A stretch of DNA of 64,000 bases, taken from NCBI GenBank assembly GCA_963811165.1, contig CAWEQH010000001.1, positions 384,001 through 448,000 on the forward strand, given 5' to 3'. The stretch comes from an uncultured Nitrospiraceae bacterium (GTDB lineage: Bacteria > Nitrospirota > Thermodesulfovibrionia > Thermodesulfovibrionales > UBA6898). The notes beneath the pieces are model-generated. The model made no database searches. It saw only the letters and a list, made by a program, of their open reading frames with translations, and was not told where the DNA came from. This document shows positions 9,101 to 19,343 of the stretch, piece by piece (position 1 is the stretch's first letter; each line of letters starts with the position of its first letter). A program made the position numbers and the translations under genes.

Positions 9101-11849
9101 TGATGCTGGTGGTGCTGTTGATGACTACACCCGTTGCACTCGCAGCCCCTATCATGACGGTACTGCCCGAGATAAACCCTGTACCGGTGATCTGAACAGC
9201 TGTACCCCCCGCTGTCGATCCGCTTGCAGGCGAAATGCTGGTGACGGTCGGAGGACCCAGCGGCGTATAGAGGCGGTAGGTTTTTATCTGCTGTCCTACT
9301 ATGGATGAACTCAGGGTATTGCCTGCAAAGAGCTCATCTTGAATGTCGGTCTCGATATGGGATGTTTGCCTCGCGCTTGTCACGGACGGATCAGAAAACA
9401 ATAAGGTAAAATTGCGCGACGCCGGCGAGACATTCCAGACCCGTGCGATTACTCCCTGGTCAATCCCTTCTTCAGCGGGTTTTAATGCCCACAGGAATAC
9501 ATTCGGATCCGGGATACTCACAAGGGAAAAGCTCATTTCAGGATAGGCATTTCCCCCGGCCACCAAACCGGTCACAAAGGGGTTCTGGTGTTCCAAGGCA
9601 AAAAGCATTGACAAGGCCGGATCATAGGCATCGTGAGTCTTCAAGGCAAACCGCTGGAGAAAATGGGTATCGCCGCCCTGATTCGGCAATCCGTTTGTCC
9701 CGTTCACAACCCGGCCGCCGGCAAGGGCAGAAATTTGAGGCGTCGCGGTGTCAAGAGAGGTGACCGTGCTGTTACCCACCTTCATAAAGTCGATATCGGC
9801 ATTCGACAGCGTTATCCCCACATTACCGCTACTTACATCAGCGAAGTGGTTCAGGGTGAGCCAATCATACCGGACATTTCTCGTTCTCGATGAATAATTG
9901 CCTCCCTGGGTGTCTAAGCGTGCATGGGCAATCGCGCCGACCTCTTCGTGGTTCACGTCCGGTGAATCGATATTGAATCCGAATGCCCAGGTATTGGTGG
10001 AGCTGAAGTTCTGATTAATATCGTTGCGGATATCGATCCGGTCAGAATCGCGGATAAGGGTAATCCTTGAGGTGTGCACCAGGGGACCGCTTGAGGACGC
10101 CAGAAGCGTTACCGAAACCGGGCCTGCATTCTCTACCTGCAGAGTGCCGGAACCGACGCCTAAATCATTCATAGCCCGGCTATTGATGGTCCTCTCAAAT
10201 TCTCTGTTGCCGCGCTGTTTATCGATGAGGCTGGTAATCGCACCATCGGTAGCTACGGTTATTCTATAGAAATTATTTTCAATGACACTCCCTGAGACGG
10301 TAGCCGCATCAGCAAAGCCTGCCCCGAGGCCGGCTTGAATTTCAAAAACCTTGTAGCCGACTGATGGAATAGTGCCGGCGAGAATGCGCAGGCGTCGCTC
10401 ACCATCAACGGTCACAATCTGTGATGGAACTTCCTGGCCCGTCGAAATATCAACAACGTGAAAAGGATTTGTGTCTGCATAGGGTAAATCTGCAATGTCA
10501 CTGCGAATCCAGCTCAAGGGATTAAAGACAAAAAAACGGGTACTGGCCACGCTTTTTTGAATCATGCTCCCCAACGAATTAACAGCGTCGCTCTGAAGCG
10601 TGTTCACGTAGCTCGCGATTTCACTTGCAAGCCTTATCTGGAAGGCAACCCGCTGCGATTGCGGAACAGCGCCAAAAACGGACCCTAGGTTGTGCTCCCA
10701 ATAGAGTCCCAGATCCACAAAAGCCTGATCGCGCGCAGCAGTGCGACTGACCATGAAAGTAGGATCTCTCAGGCTGACCAAGGTTGCGAGAGCCTCGGCC
10801 CCTCTGAGTTTTTCAACGGATCGCTTAACTAGAGCCGACTGCTCGGCAATTGCCGCTGAGTAGAGCTCCCATTCATTCCCAAACCCGACAGACTGAACAG
10901 GGAGTGTGCTGCCGTAAGCCTGTTCGAAATCACGGAAGAAATCCTGCTCACTCGATACGATCACCTGCCGATTGGTGGTGGTCTTGGCAGGAGCGACGGT
11001 AATGAATTCGGTCGTCAAGGTTTCCAGACCGTCCCATCCCTTGCCGAAGGCGCCGATGATGGGATACGGGTAGCGCTGGATGAAGGCCGCGTTGGTGTCG
11101 ACGTAATCGATGACCCCTGGAGTGTCGTAAGCCTCCGCGTATCCACCCATGCCTTGATTGGTGCCGAGCATCGAATTCCATTTCACGATCACACTGCTGC
11201 CATCCGGCCCGACCCACCGGTAGATGTCATATAGGCGATCCCATGCATTTGGAATCTGAGTGTCGCAGCCGCAAATACCCTTCCAGCTGTACTTGGCGCC
11301 TGCCCCGGCCCACAGGGCCCCCACACCATAAGGCAAAGTCTGATTTTCCTGAGCGTCTGCTTCCTGAAATCTCAGGTTATATTTCCGCTCGATCCTCCCC
11401 GGGTAGTACATCCCCCGCAAGACCGCTTCGGCTGGCTGCCCCCCAAAGAGAACGGCAAGGGTATTTAAGGGAACACTGATATGCCCGTCTTTGATACGAT
11501 TGATAAGTCTTTGAAAGTCGGCGGCTGTTTTGTTCTTTTCATAGGTCCACATCCAGAAGCTGCCGTCAGTGTTCCAGCGGCCCTGATATTCCGGAGGTGA
11601 ACCGGCCGTGGCGTCAGCCTGGGTGAGGTAATAATCAAGCGTATCCAGGAACACCTGTTTGTAGGTTGCCTCATCGGCAGTCCACAGATAGTCGGTCATG
11701 TCATCAGGAGCAATATATATCCGCTTAGGCGCGGCGTGCGCCGAATCCCCCAGCGCGGACAGGAAGAGCAGCGAGGCCAGAAACAGATGGAGCGCAGCAG
11801 TGCATACACAAAGCGCACCGCTACGAAACGAGGACATCATAGTAAACAT
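6178..11849 (-). CDS. Large secreted GH38-like glycoside hydrolase with 7 IPT/TIG repeats and two copies of an uncharacterised ~200-aa domain (frameshifted near 7330-7590; start uncertain, 11840-11864)
   Basis: Signal peptide (SAHA-APKR); GH38-like core (VFNPLSWIRS, IPSVGYKVF, IENNFYRI, WALKPAEEG); PTVTxISPxxGxTAGGTAVxITGTGF repeats; ORFs 7554..11864, 7226..7426 and 6178..7167 are contiguous pieces. Confidence 0.8.
6188..9240. repeat. Intragenic repeats: ~255-bp IPT units and a near-identical >1.1 kb duplication (offset 1670 bp)
   Basis: 6188-7325 matches 7858-8995 with only a few substitutions. Confidence 0.93.
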
Positions 11850-12699
11850 CTCCCTCCGTGTCACAGGGTCTTTCTTCCCCTATAACGCACTTCGGTCGAC
11901 AATCCCAAAAAGAATGCCAGATATGTCGGAAATTTCTCCGGTATCCAGGCCGTCTTCATTCTGGAGACCTTCCGTTTTCCGTCCTATTCAGAGGGGCACT
12001 CCTTTATTGGATTCGCTCCCCTCCTTTTAATCCACTATTACACACAAAAAGCCTCATGTCAATGCGATCTAAGTTGTACGTCCTCCCTTCGGCACCATCC
12101 TTTTTTTGAATATCAATAAGTTATCTCGTTGGAATCGTCAAGAAAACCGTCAACAGACAGGAAGAGCAAAGACACCTAAATTTTGTTCTCCCCTGCCTTG
12201 CTCCATCTTCCCTCATGTCAGAGGAGGTTTGACGGAAGGGACAGTGCATGCCTTGAATTTTCCATAGCAGGAATTCCCTGTTCCCCTCCCACGCCTCGCT
12301 ATATTCCCGCTATACCATTTCTGGACACATAAGCTATACAGACCTGCTTGCCAGCCTTGAAAGTTGTTTGAAGGACATTTGAGTGGTTACCATTGCAAGT
12401 CACCTTCCCCAAGGGATGTGTAAGCAAATCAAAACCTTTGGAACTTTTCTCCATCCATGCTGATTGCCTGAATTCAGGAAGTGTGTTAAAAAAATGAGAA
12501 GAAAAGTTACATACACCACAGACTTTCCTACCACGCCAAGATAATAACGCTATCCATTCTGGAGATTAACTTAATGTAACCCCTTAGTTTCTAGAGTAAT
12601 TCAACCTGCCCGGCCATCTACGAGTTATCTTTGAACGGAGGCTTGTTCATTGGCATATATTTTGTAATAGATATTTCAGCGGTAAATAATGATATGGAC

Positions 12700-12834
12700 A
12701 TGTCAGACATGAGAGTGCTGGAATCTATCTTGATGGAGTCGCAACTCTATATGACCATGACCCATGAGGAGAGGATCGCTCTTTTGCTCAAATTGTTAGA
12801 GGATTACCCTTTTCTCGGAGATCCGCAAGACTAA
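12700..12834 (+). CDS. Small hypothetical protein (start uncertain)
   Basis: Short ORF MSDMRVLESILMESQLYMTMTHEERIALLLKLL; weak support. Confidence 0.4.
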   Translation: MSDMRVLESILMESQLYMTMTHEERIALLLKLLEDYPFLGDPQD

Positions 12835-13005
12835 TGTCCTTCCGCCATCGAGCGTGAATTAATGCCGAACTTCCCTCAGTGACCCTTTCGTATATGAATC
12901 AGCTTCATTAGAATGTGTTTGAGCATCCCCTTTTCCTTTGTCTCATAGAGTGTCGGATAAACGGTAAGCACCCTGTCTTTGGAGACGCCATATTTTTTTC
13001 GCGTC

Positions 13006-13560
13006 TTAGACATCAATCCCAAAATACTTCATCATATCCCCCAGGATCAAGGCATTCTGGACTTCCGTTTCAATGGAATGTTCTATAGCCCCATGCGTAA
13101 CAAGAAACTCATGTTCCTCTTCTGTGGAGATGTGAATTCCTAACTGTGGATTGGAGTCAAAATATTTGCGGATTTCATGAAGGGAAAAAGCCTGACTGAT
13201 CAGGAGGACAAATTTGACAAGTAGCCCCTCTGCTTCAATGACATTGGTTTTTTCATCCTTATAGGTTTCATCGAGATTGGTTGCAATCTCACTGTCTCTG
13301 AACTTTGCCACTCGTATGGGATTATAGTCGGGCCTCCTCCGTTCCTCATCAACAGTCCTCACGATCTTTCGGGCAGAATGAAGAATAGCGACGAGGTCAT
13401 AAAACTTCTCGCCGATGACGTAGCCCAAAGCCCTCTCGATACCGAAACGGTCTCGAATCCCTTCGGCAGTCTCCACCCATTCCTCCAGCTGTTTAGGATT
13501 GGCGAATATCTTGCTCACGAACCATAGTATACAAAATTTGCATTGAAGAAAAAGATTCAC
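13006..13560 (-). CDS. Hypothetical protein (start may be the GTG at 13518)
   Basis: Protein-like ORF (IRDRFGIERALGYVIGEKF) with no competing long ORF. Confidence 0.6.
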   Translation of the reverse strand: MNLFLQCKFCILWFVSKIFANPKQLEEWVETAEGIRDRFGIERALGYVIGEKFYDLVAILHSARKIVRTVDEERRRPDYNPIRVAKFRDSEIATNLDETYKDEKTNVIEAEGLLVKFVLLISQAFSLHEIRKYFDSNPQLGIHISTEEEHEFLVTHGAIEHSIETEVQNALILGDMMKYFGIDV

Positions 13561-13772
13561 TTTCTTGGCCTGACCACTGAGAGGATCTTTTTCTAATTTT
13601 CAAGAAGTTTCGCTGCTTATTTTTTAGGCAATTTGGATAAGTTCCTTACCTATCTGGACGTATAGATTCTTCACCCAAACTTATTAACAATTATCTCCTT
13701 GGACTCGGACATTTTTTGAGATGCCTTTTTTACTATCTTGACTACAACAGGATAAAGTTGCTATAAAACTTC

Positions 13773-14153
13773 ATGGGCTTCATTAAACGCATGCTATTGT
13801 TACTGGTTCTCATTATTTTTCCTCTCGAACTGATGGCAGAAACAGCAGACTGGATTGAGGTGACCAAGAATGCCTCAGGCACGGCGATTTATTCCATAGA
13901 CGCTACAAGCATTCATTACGATGGTGATAGGGTAACGTTCTGGGATAAACGAGAATTGTCAGACGACCCCATCTTTAAGGAGATGAGAGGCTATAATGAA
14001 GTGGACTGTAAGGAAGAAAGGTATCGCACTCTTCGGATAACAGGATACGACAAGAATGGCAAGAGTGACACTGACAGTGATGAAGGGCAATGGCAACACA
14101 TTGAACCCAATACCGCTATGATTGCCTTTTATCGTTTCGTATGCAAGGAATAG
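13773..14153 (+). CDS. Exported protein, surface-adhesin E-like
   Basis: Signal peptide; DWIEV...YSIDATSI...VTFW...EVDCKEERYR...WQHIEPNT...FVC pattern. Confidence 0.65.
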   Translation: MGFIKRMLLLLVLIIFPLELMAETADWIEVTKNASGTAIYSIDATSIHYDGDRVTFWDKRELSDDPIFKEMRGYNEVDCKEERYRTLRITGYDKNGKSDTDSDEGQWQHIEPNTAMIAFYRFVCKE

Positions 14154-14189
14154 TTGCTAAGTTTTGTGTCATGACCGCCTGAACATTTG

Positions 14190-14573
14190 ATGGCTTCTCC
14201 CTCAAAGAAGAAAAAATCTCAAAATCCCCTCCTGTGGGTCGTTGATTCCATCATGGAAGAGCCGAGCTATATTGATCGAGCATGGTTCGGGTGCCGTGCA
14301 ATTTATCTTCATGGGAGGCTCATGCTTGTCCTTTGTTCGGGAGGGGAGCCGTGGAACGGATTGCTGATTGCAACTGAACATGAGTTTCATGGAGCCATCC
14401 GTAAGGACTTCGAGAAAGTAGTTCAGCATCCTGTCCTGAAGAAGTGGCTGTACCTGCCGGAGAACTCAGAGGATTTTGAAACTGTGTCTTCGGAGATCGT
14501 GGAGGCGATCAGGATAGGAGATAAGAGGTTCGGGGTCGAGCCGAAGGAGAGGAAGAATAAGAAAGGGGCATGA
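14190..14573 (+). CDS. Hypothetical protein, TfoX_N-like
   Basis: RAWFGCRAIYLHGRL...EPWNGLLIAT...HPVLKKWLYLPE. Confidence 0.55.
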   Translation: MASPSKKKKSQNPLLWVVDSIMEEPSYIDRAWFGCRAIYLHGRLMLVLCSGGEPWNGLLIATEHEFHGAIRKDFEKVVQHPVLKKWLYLPENSEDFETVSSEIVEAIRIGDKRFGVEPKERKNKKGA

Positions 14574-14603
14574 GGATAATCCATTGCCCTCTAGATGTTC
14601 AGA

Positions 14604-15020
14604 TTACTTCTTCTTTTGCTCCACCTTGCGATTGAATTTCTCAGTGTCAATAATAAACCTGTCGTGTGTTCCTTCCGATATCTTCTCAATGCCATCATCC
14701 GCTTCGATGCTGAAAGACAACTTTCGCCCTTCGATCTTGTCCAGCCTTCCCCTGACCGTTATAGTCAAGCCGGCAGGAGTTGCAGCAACATGGCTGAAAT
14801 TGACGTGGATGCCCACGGTTTGTTCCTGTGGATGATTTAGATGGGGGCTTGTTGCCTTGATACATGCCCATTCAAATAGCCCTACCATAAATCCCGTTGC
14901 AAAGACTTTGGGCATATCCTGAAACTCCTCGGATTCGGGGTAGAGGTTCGGCACTGTCTTATTTTCAGGGACCGTATATCTGAACTCGAACCTTAGACCT
15001 TCTTTTAATCCTTTCTTCAT
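14604..15020 (-). CDS. Fluoroacetyl-CoA thioesterase (FlK)-like hot-dog thioesterase
   Basis: VFATGFMVGLFEWAC, TVGIHVNFSHVAAT and EGTHDRFII; Thr/Glu/His triad. Confidence 0.85.
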   Translation of the reverse strand: MKKGLKEGLRFEFRYTVPENKTVPNLYPESEEFQDMPKVFATGFMVGLFEWACIKATSPHLNHPQEQTVGIHVNFSHVAATPAGLTITVRGRLDKIEGRKLSFSIEADDGIEKISEGTHDRFIIDTEKFNRKVEQKKK

Positions 15021-15118
15021 ATTCGGCTCCCTGCTATCCGTATTTGACAGGATTATGCCATTTGATCTTTAATAAGTAAAATTAATTCTTATAATGATTA
15101 GAATTAGCTGGAGTGATC

Positions 15119-16006
15119 ATGGAATGGCAGCAGATCATCGGTTTCTATCAATTGGTGAAGCAGGGGAGCTTTACAAAGGCTGCTAACGTTTCCTACAGGA
15201 CTCAATCGGCTTTGAGTCAGCAAATAATGAAGCTCGAGAACGAGTTTCAATGCCAATTGATAAACCGCATCAGCAGAAAGAAGTTCGCCCTGACACCTGC
15301 CGGGGAGAAACTTTATAAATTCGCTGCATCGACAATAACTGAGTTTGAAAAGCTGTCAGACGATATTTCGGCTATCAGGGGACTGCCCATCGGCAAATTA
15401 AGTATCGCAGCACCATTTACTACTTTGTACCACTTGTTCCCGGAGAAGTTTAAAGCTTACTTGAAGGCATATCCCCATGTGGAACTTACCATACTTGACA
15501 GACCTCAGCGTCAGGCGATTGAATTACTGAAGGCAGGGGATATTGATATCGCCATTGCGCTGGAATCTCAAGTACCAAAGATATTGGACGTCAGAAAGTG
15601 GAAAGAGATTGAATCAGTCCTGATGGTTCCCTATAAACATCCGTTGCTTAGAGTGAAAAAAATAAAGCTGTCAGATATCGCAAAGTATCCTCTGATACTC
15701 CCTCCGAAGAGCTTGGACAGCAATAGCAGAAGCCTCATTGATGATAAATTGACAAGAGAGGGCATTGAATACAGGGTCATTATGGAATCGAGTAATGTGG
15801 AACTCAGTTCCCGCTATGTTGAGGCAGAGATCGGGATTGCCTTTGCCACCGTAGCAAAGGGGTTAAATCCCTTGAAGGGAAGACGACTCAAGTTTATTCC
15901 TATGACAGAGTTTTTTGAAAAGGACTATATTGCTGTGATTTGCAGGAAAGAGCGGAGTTTGCCTTCCTATGCAGAGGACTTCATATCAGAAGTTCTCCGC
16001 ACTTAA
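15119..16006 (+). CDS. LysR-family transcriptional regulator
   Basis: GSFTKAANVSYRTQSALSQQIMKLE HTH; LTPAGE; divergent from the thioesterase. Confidence 0.95.
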   Translation: MEWQQIIGFYQLVKQGSFTKAANVSYRTQSALSQQIMKLENEFQCQLINRISRKKFALTPAGEKLYKFAASTITEFEKLSDDISAIRGLPIGKLSIAAPFTTLYHLFPEKFKAYLKAYPHVELTILDRPQRQAIELLKAGDIDIAIALESQVPKILDVRKWKEIESVLMVPYKHPLLRVKKIKLSDIAKYPLILPPKSLDSNSRSLIDDKLTREGIEYRVIMESSNVELSSRYVEAEIGIAFATVAKGLNPLKGRRLKFIPMTEFFEKDYIAVICRKERSLPSYAEDFISEVLRT

Positions 16007-16063
16007 GATTGCAGCCATGTATAAAGATTAATGGATCTAAATTCTTATAATCGGAACTACAAG

Positions 16064-16092
16064 TTGACAGGGAGCTTTCTAAATGCTATAAA
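16064..16092 (+). promoter_or_regulatory. sigma70 promoter of the cobamide operon
   Basis: TTGACA-17 nt-TATAAA with TG extension. Confidence 0.7.
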
Positions 16093-16094
16093 AA

Positions 16095-16287
16095 AGTATA
16101 CTTCAGGTGCCGCAAGGCATAAAAGGGAATCCCGTGAGGGTCATCAGATCCGAGCCGGGAGCGGTCCCGCCGCTGTAATCCCGATTCCGGAGGATTTCCG
16201 GAATAAACGTCTCTGCCTGTAATGGCCACTGTTTTTCGGACGGGAAGGCCGGCAGAGATCGGGAGAGCCAGAAGACCTGCCTGAAAG
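16095..16287 (+). ncRNA. Cobalamin riboswitch
   Basis: AGGTGC...AAAAGGGAATCCCGTGA...GCGGTCCCGCCGCTGTAA...GCCACTG...GGGAAGGC...AGCCAGAAGACCTGCC B12-box; precedes cob genes. Confidence 0.95.
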
Positions 16288-16352
16288 ATGGTCCGCATGC
16301 ACGTATGCGGACACCTCCCGTGGAGGAGCGAGGATGAAGTAAACCAGGGTGC

Positions 16353-16394
16353 AATCCTCAGGTCCCTTTTTTAAGGGATGTGAGGATTTTTTTT
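16353..16394 (+). terminator. Attenuator terminator of the riboswitch expression platform
   Basis: AATCCTCA-GG-TCCCTT...AAGGGA-TG-TGAGGATT hairpin with T-tract just before the first RBS. Confidence 0.7.
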
Positions 16395-16416
16395 GTGGTG
16401 ATAAAGGAGGTTACGG

Positions 16417-17727
16417 ATGACGCAGTTGGAAAAAGCAGCAAAAGGCGATTTGACGGAGGAGATCAAAGCGGTAGCCGCACGCGAAGGCGTGGCGGAGGAT
16501 TTGGTCAGAGGAGCGTGTGGCAGCCGGTCAGATCGTGATCCCCGACAATAAGAACAGGAAGAAAAACGTCGTCGGCATCGGCAAGGGTCTTAGGACGAAG
16601 GTAAACGCCTCAATCGGGTCTTCGACGGCAATCGCCGATATCGCGATGGAGGTCGAAAAGGCGCAGATCGCCGAAAAGTACGGCGCCGACACCCTGATGG
16701 ACCTGAGCGTCGGGCGGCGACATACCGGGCATTAGAAGATCGGTAATGGATGCGATCGGCCTGCCGGTCGGCACGGTTCCCCTTTATGAGGCCTTCGCAC
16801 TTGCAATCGAGAAATACGGCGCCGCGGTGAATATGCCGGCGGAACTCCTTTTTGAGATAACCGAAAGACAGTGCGCAGGAAGGGGTCGGGTTCATGGCGA
16901 TCCACTGCGGCATAAACAGAAAGACCGTTGAGATGCTCAGAAAGCAGCACTACCGCTACGGCGGACTCGTCTCAAAGGGCGGCTCCTACATGGTCGCATG
17001 GATGGAGCATAACAACAGGGAAAACCCGCTCTACGAACACTTCGACAGGGTGGCGGCAGATCATGAAAAAATATGACGCCGTCCTAAGCCTGGGAAACGG
17101 CTTCAGGGCGGGTGCGATCCACGACGCCATCGGACAGGGTCCAGATCCAGGAGCTCCTCATAAACTGCGAACTCGCCGAACTCGGAAGGGAGATGGGCTG
17201 CCAGACGATGGTGGAAGGTCCGGGTCATATCCCGATCAACGAGATAGAGGCCAATATCATCATGGAGAAGAAGATGAGCGGCGAATCTCCTTTTTACATG
17301 CTCGGGCCGATCACGACCGATATCGCGCCGGGCTACGACCATATCACCGCCGCAATCGGCGCGGCGCTCTCGTCTTCCTACGGAGCGGATTTCATCTGCT
17401 ATGTGACGCCTTCGGAACACCTCGGACTGCCGTTCCCCGAGGACGTGCAGGGAGGGAGTCATCGCATCGAGGATCGCGGCCCATGTCGGCGACATGATCA
17501 AGTACAAGAACATGCATGCCGGATAAGGCGATGTCGAAGGCGCGTCGCGACATGAAGTGGGACACGCAGTTTGCGCATGCAATCGACCCCGAAAGGGCGC
17601 AGAGAGATCAAGGCTCAAGAGGGGCAACGGCGATGAGCATTCCTGCACCATGTGCGGGAAGTTCTGCGCAAACGATATCCTCCGCGGCATGTTCGAGACG
17701 GACATGTCCGGAACAGACAAGAAGTGA
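16417..17727 (+). CDS. bzaF: ThiC paralogue, 5-hydroxybenzimidazole synthase (BzaF-like); about nine +1 frameshifts
   Basis: [54 protein letters not shown] and C-terminal CTMCGKFC; first gene after the B12 riboswitch, next to cobU/cobT. Confidence 0.75.
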
Positions 17728-18254
17728 TGACCGTCATAAAGGGCAGGACTGTCTTGGTAATCGGAGGGGCCAGGAGCGGAAAGAGTGCCTTCGCACTAAA
17801 GAAGGCAGGATCGTTCCCCGGCAAAAAGGCATACATTGCAACTGCCGAGGCCCTCGATGAGGAGATGAAAGAAAGAATAGAAAAGCACCGGGGGGAAAGA
17901 GGCAAAGATTGGGAGACCTTTGAAGAGCCGATAAAAATGGCCGGCGTGCTAAGGGAGATGGGAAGCGGCTATAACGCCGCGGTCATCGATTGCCTGACGC
18001 TCTGGCTGTCTAATCTTCTTCTGGGCGCCGAAGACCCTGAAGAAGAGATCGAGGGCTTTCTTTCGTTGCTCAGGGAGGGAGATCACCCTCCGTTGTTCGT
18101 CGTCTCTAATGAAGTGGGGATGGGCATCGTCCCTGATAATCCCCTGTCCAGAAGGTTCAGGGACCTTGCCGGCCGTCTTAACCAGAAGGTAGCGGGGATC
18201 GCCGATGAGGTGTATCTTGTGACCGCGGGAATACCTGTGAGAATTAAACCGTGA
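17727..18254 (+). CDS. cobU: Adenosylcobinamide kinase/guanylyltransferase
   Basis: GGARSGKS, DCLTLWLSN, VSNEVGMGIVP, FRDLAGRLNQ. Confidence 0.95.
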   Translation: MTVIKGRTVLVIGGARSGKSAFALKKAGSFPGKKAYIATAEALDEEMKERIEKHRGERGKDWETFEEPIKMAGVLREMGSGYNAAVIDCLTLWLSNLLLGAEDPEEEIEGFLSLLREGDHPPLFVVSNEVGMGIVPDNPLSRRFRDLAGRLNQKVAGIADEVYLVTAGIPVRIKP

Positions 18255-18281
18255 GGATGACATCTATCCGGAGGAGGAAAA

Positions 18282-19343
18282 ATGGACCTGCTTAAGAATA
18301 CGGCGATGGCCGTCAAGCCCGTCAGTGAGGAATTGTATGCCGCCGCCCAGAAACATCTCGATAATCTGACGAAACCCCCCGGCAGCCTCGGAAGACTCGA
18401 AGAGTTTGCAAGGAGGCTCGTGGCGATCACAGAAGACAGAAAGCCGGTCCTCGACAAAAAGGTCATCTTTACCCTGGCAGGCGACCACGGCGTGGTGGCA
18501 GAAGGGGTCTCTGCGTATCCTAAGGAAGTCACTGCCCAGATGGTCTTCAATTTTCTAAGGGGAGGGGCCGGCATAAATGTCCTTGCGAGGCATGCCGGAT
18601 CGGAAATCGTCGTCGTCGACATTGGCGTCGACCACGATTTCGGCGAGGTCGAAGGGCTGATGAATATGAAGGTGATGAAGGGGACGAGAAACTTCGCCAA
18701 AGGCCCGGCCATGACAAAAGAAGAGGCGGTCAAATGCGTCGAATCCGGGATAGAACTTGCAAACGGGTACTCAAAGAAGGGATACAAGATAATCGGGACA
18801 GGCGACATGGGGATAGGAAATACCACCCCTTCAAGCGCCATAGCGGCGGTGCTGACAGGGACTTCCGTTTCAGAGGTCACCGGCAAAGGCACGGGCATAT
18901 CCGATGAGGCCCTGCTGAGGAAGATCAAGGTCATCGAAGACGCGATTCGCCTCAATAAACCCGACCCCAAAGATGCGATTGACGTGCTTTCGAAAGTAGG
19001 GGGCGCCGAAATCGGCGGCATCGCCGGGGTGATACTGGGGGCCGCGGCACACAGGCTGCCGGTAATCATCGACGGCTTTATCTCGACCGCAGGCGCCCTG
19101 GTTGCATACACGATCCAGCCGGCGGTGAAGGATTACATGTTTGCGGCACATAACTCGGTCGAGAAGGGCCATCGGGTGATGCTCGAGACGATGGGGCTGA
19201 CCCCTATTCTGGATCTCGGTCTGAGGCTTGGGGAAGGGACGGGCGCCGCACTGGCAATGCTCATGATAGAGGCGGGCCTGAAGATATATAAAGAGATGGC
19301 GACCTTTCAGGAAGCCGGCGTATCGGACGAGATAATCAATTGA
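18282..19343 (+). CDS. cobT: Nicotinate-nucleotide-dimethylbenzimidazole phosphoribosyltransferase
   Basis: [33 protein letters not shown]. Confidence 0.97.
   Translation: MDLLKNTAMAVKPVSEELYAAAQKHLDNLTKPPGSLGRLEEFARRLVAITEDRKPVLDKKVIFTLAGDHGVVAEGVSAYPKEVTAQMVFNFLRGGAGINVLARHAGSEIVVVDIGVDHDFGEVEGLMNMKVMKGTRNFAKGPAMTKEEAVKCVESGIELANGYSKKGYKIIGTGDMGIGNTTPSSAIAAVLTGTSVSEVTGKGTGISDEALLRKIKVIEDAIRLNKPDPKDAIDVLSKVGGAEIGGIAGVILGAAAHRLPVIIDGFISTAGALVAYTIQPAVKDYMFAAHNSVEKGHRVMLETMGLTPILDLGLRLGEGTGAALAMLMIEAGLKIYKEMATFQEAGVSDEIIN

Larger units (their letters stand above)
5943..12099. mobile_element. tRNA-Leu-integrated genomic islet bounded by direct repeats (no integrase inside)
   Basis: CCTTCGGCACCATC at 5943-5956 (tRNA 3' end) and at 12086-12099, each followed by TCAATAAGTTA. 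Confidence 0.7.

Noticed and set aside
6800..9250. Regular repeats as a CRISPR array
   Set aside because: Units are ~255-bp coding IPT domains with no unique spacers, and there are no cas genes
12651..12665. sigma54 promoter TGGCATATATTTTGT
   Set aside because: The -12 element is GT rather than GC and the downstream ORF is weak
16417..17727. Annotation as thiamine thiC
   Set aside because: Controlled by a cobalamin rather than TPP riboswitch and coupled to cobU/cobT
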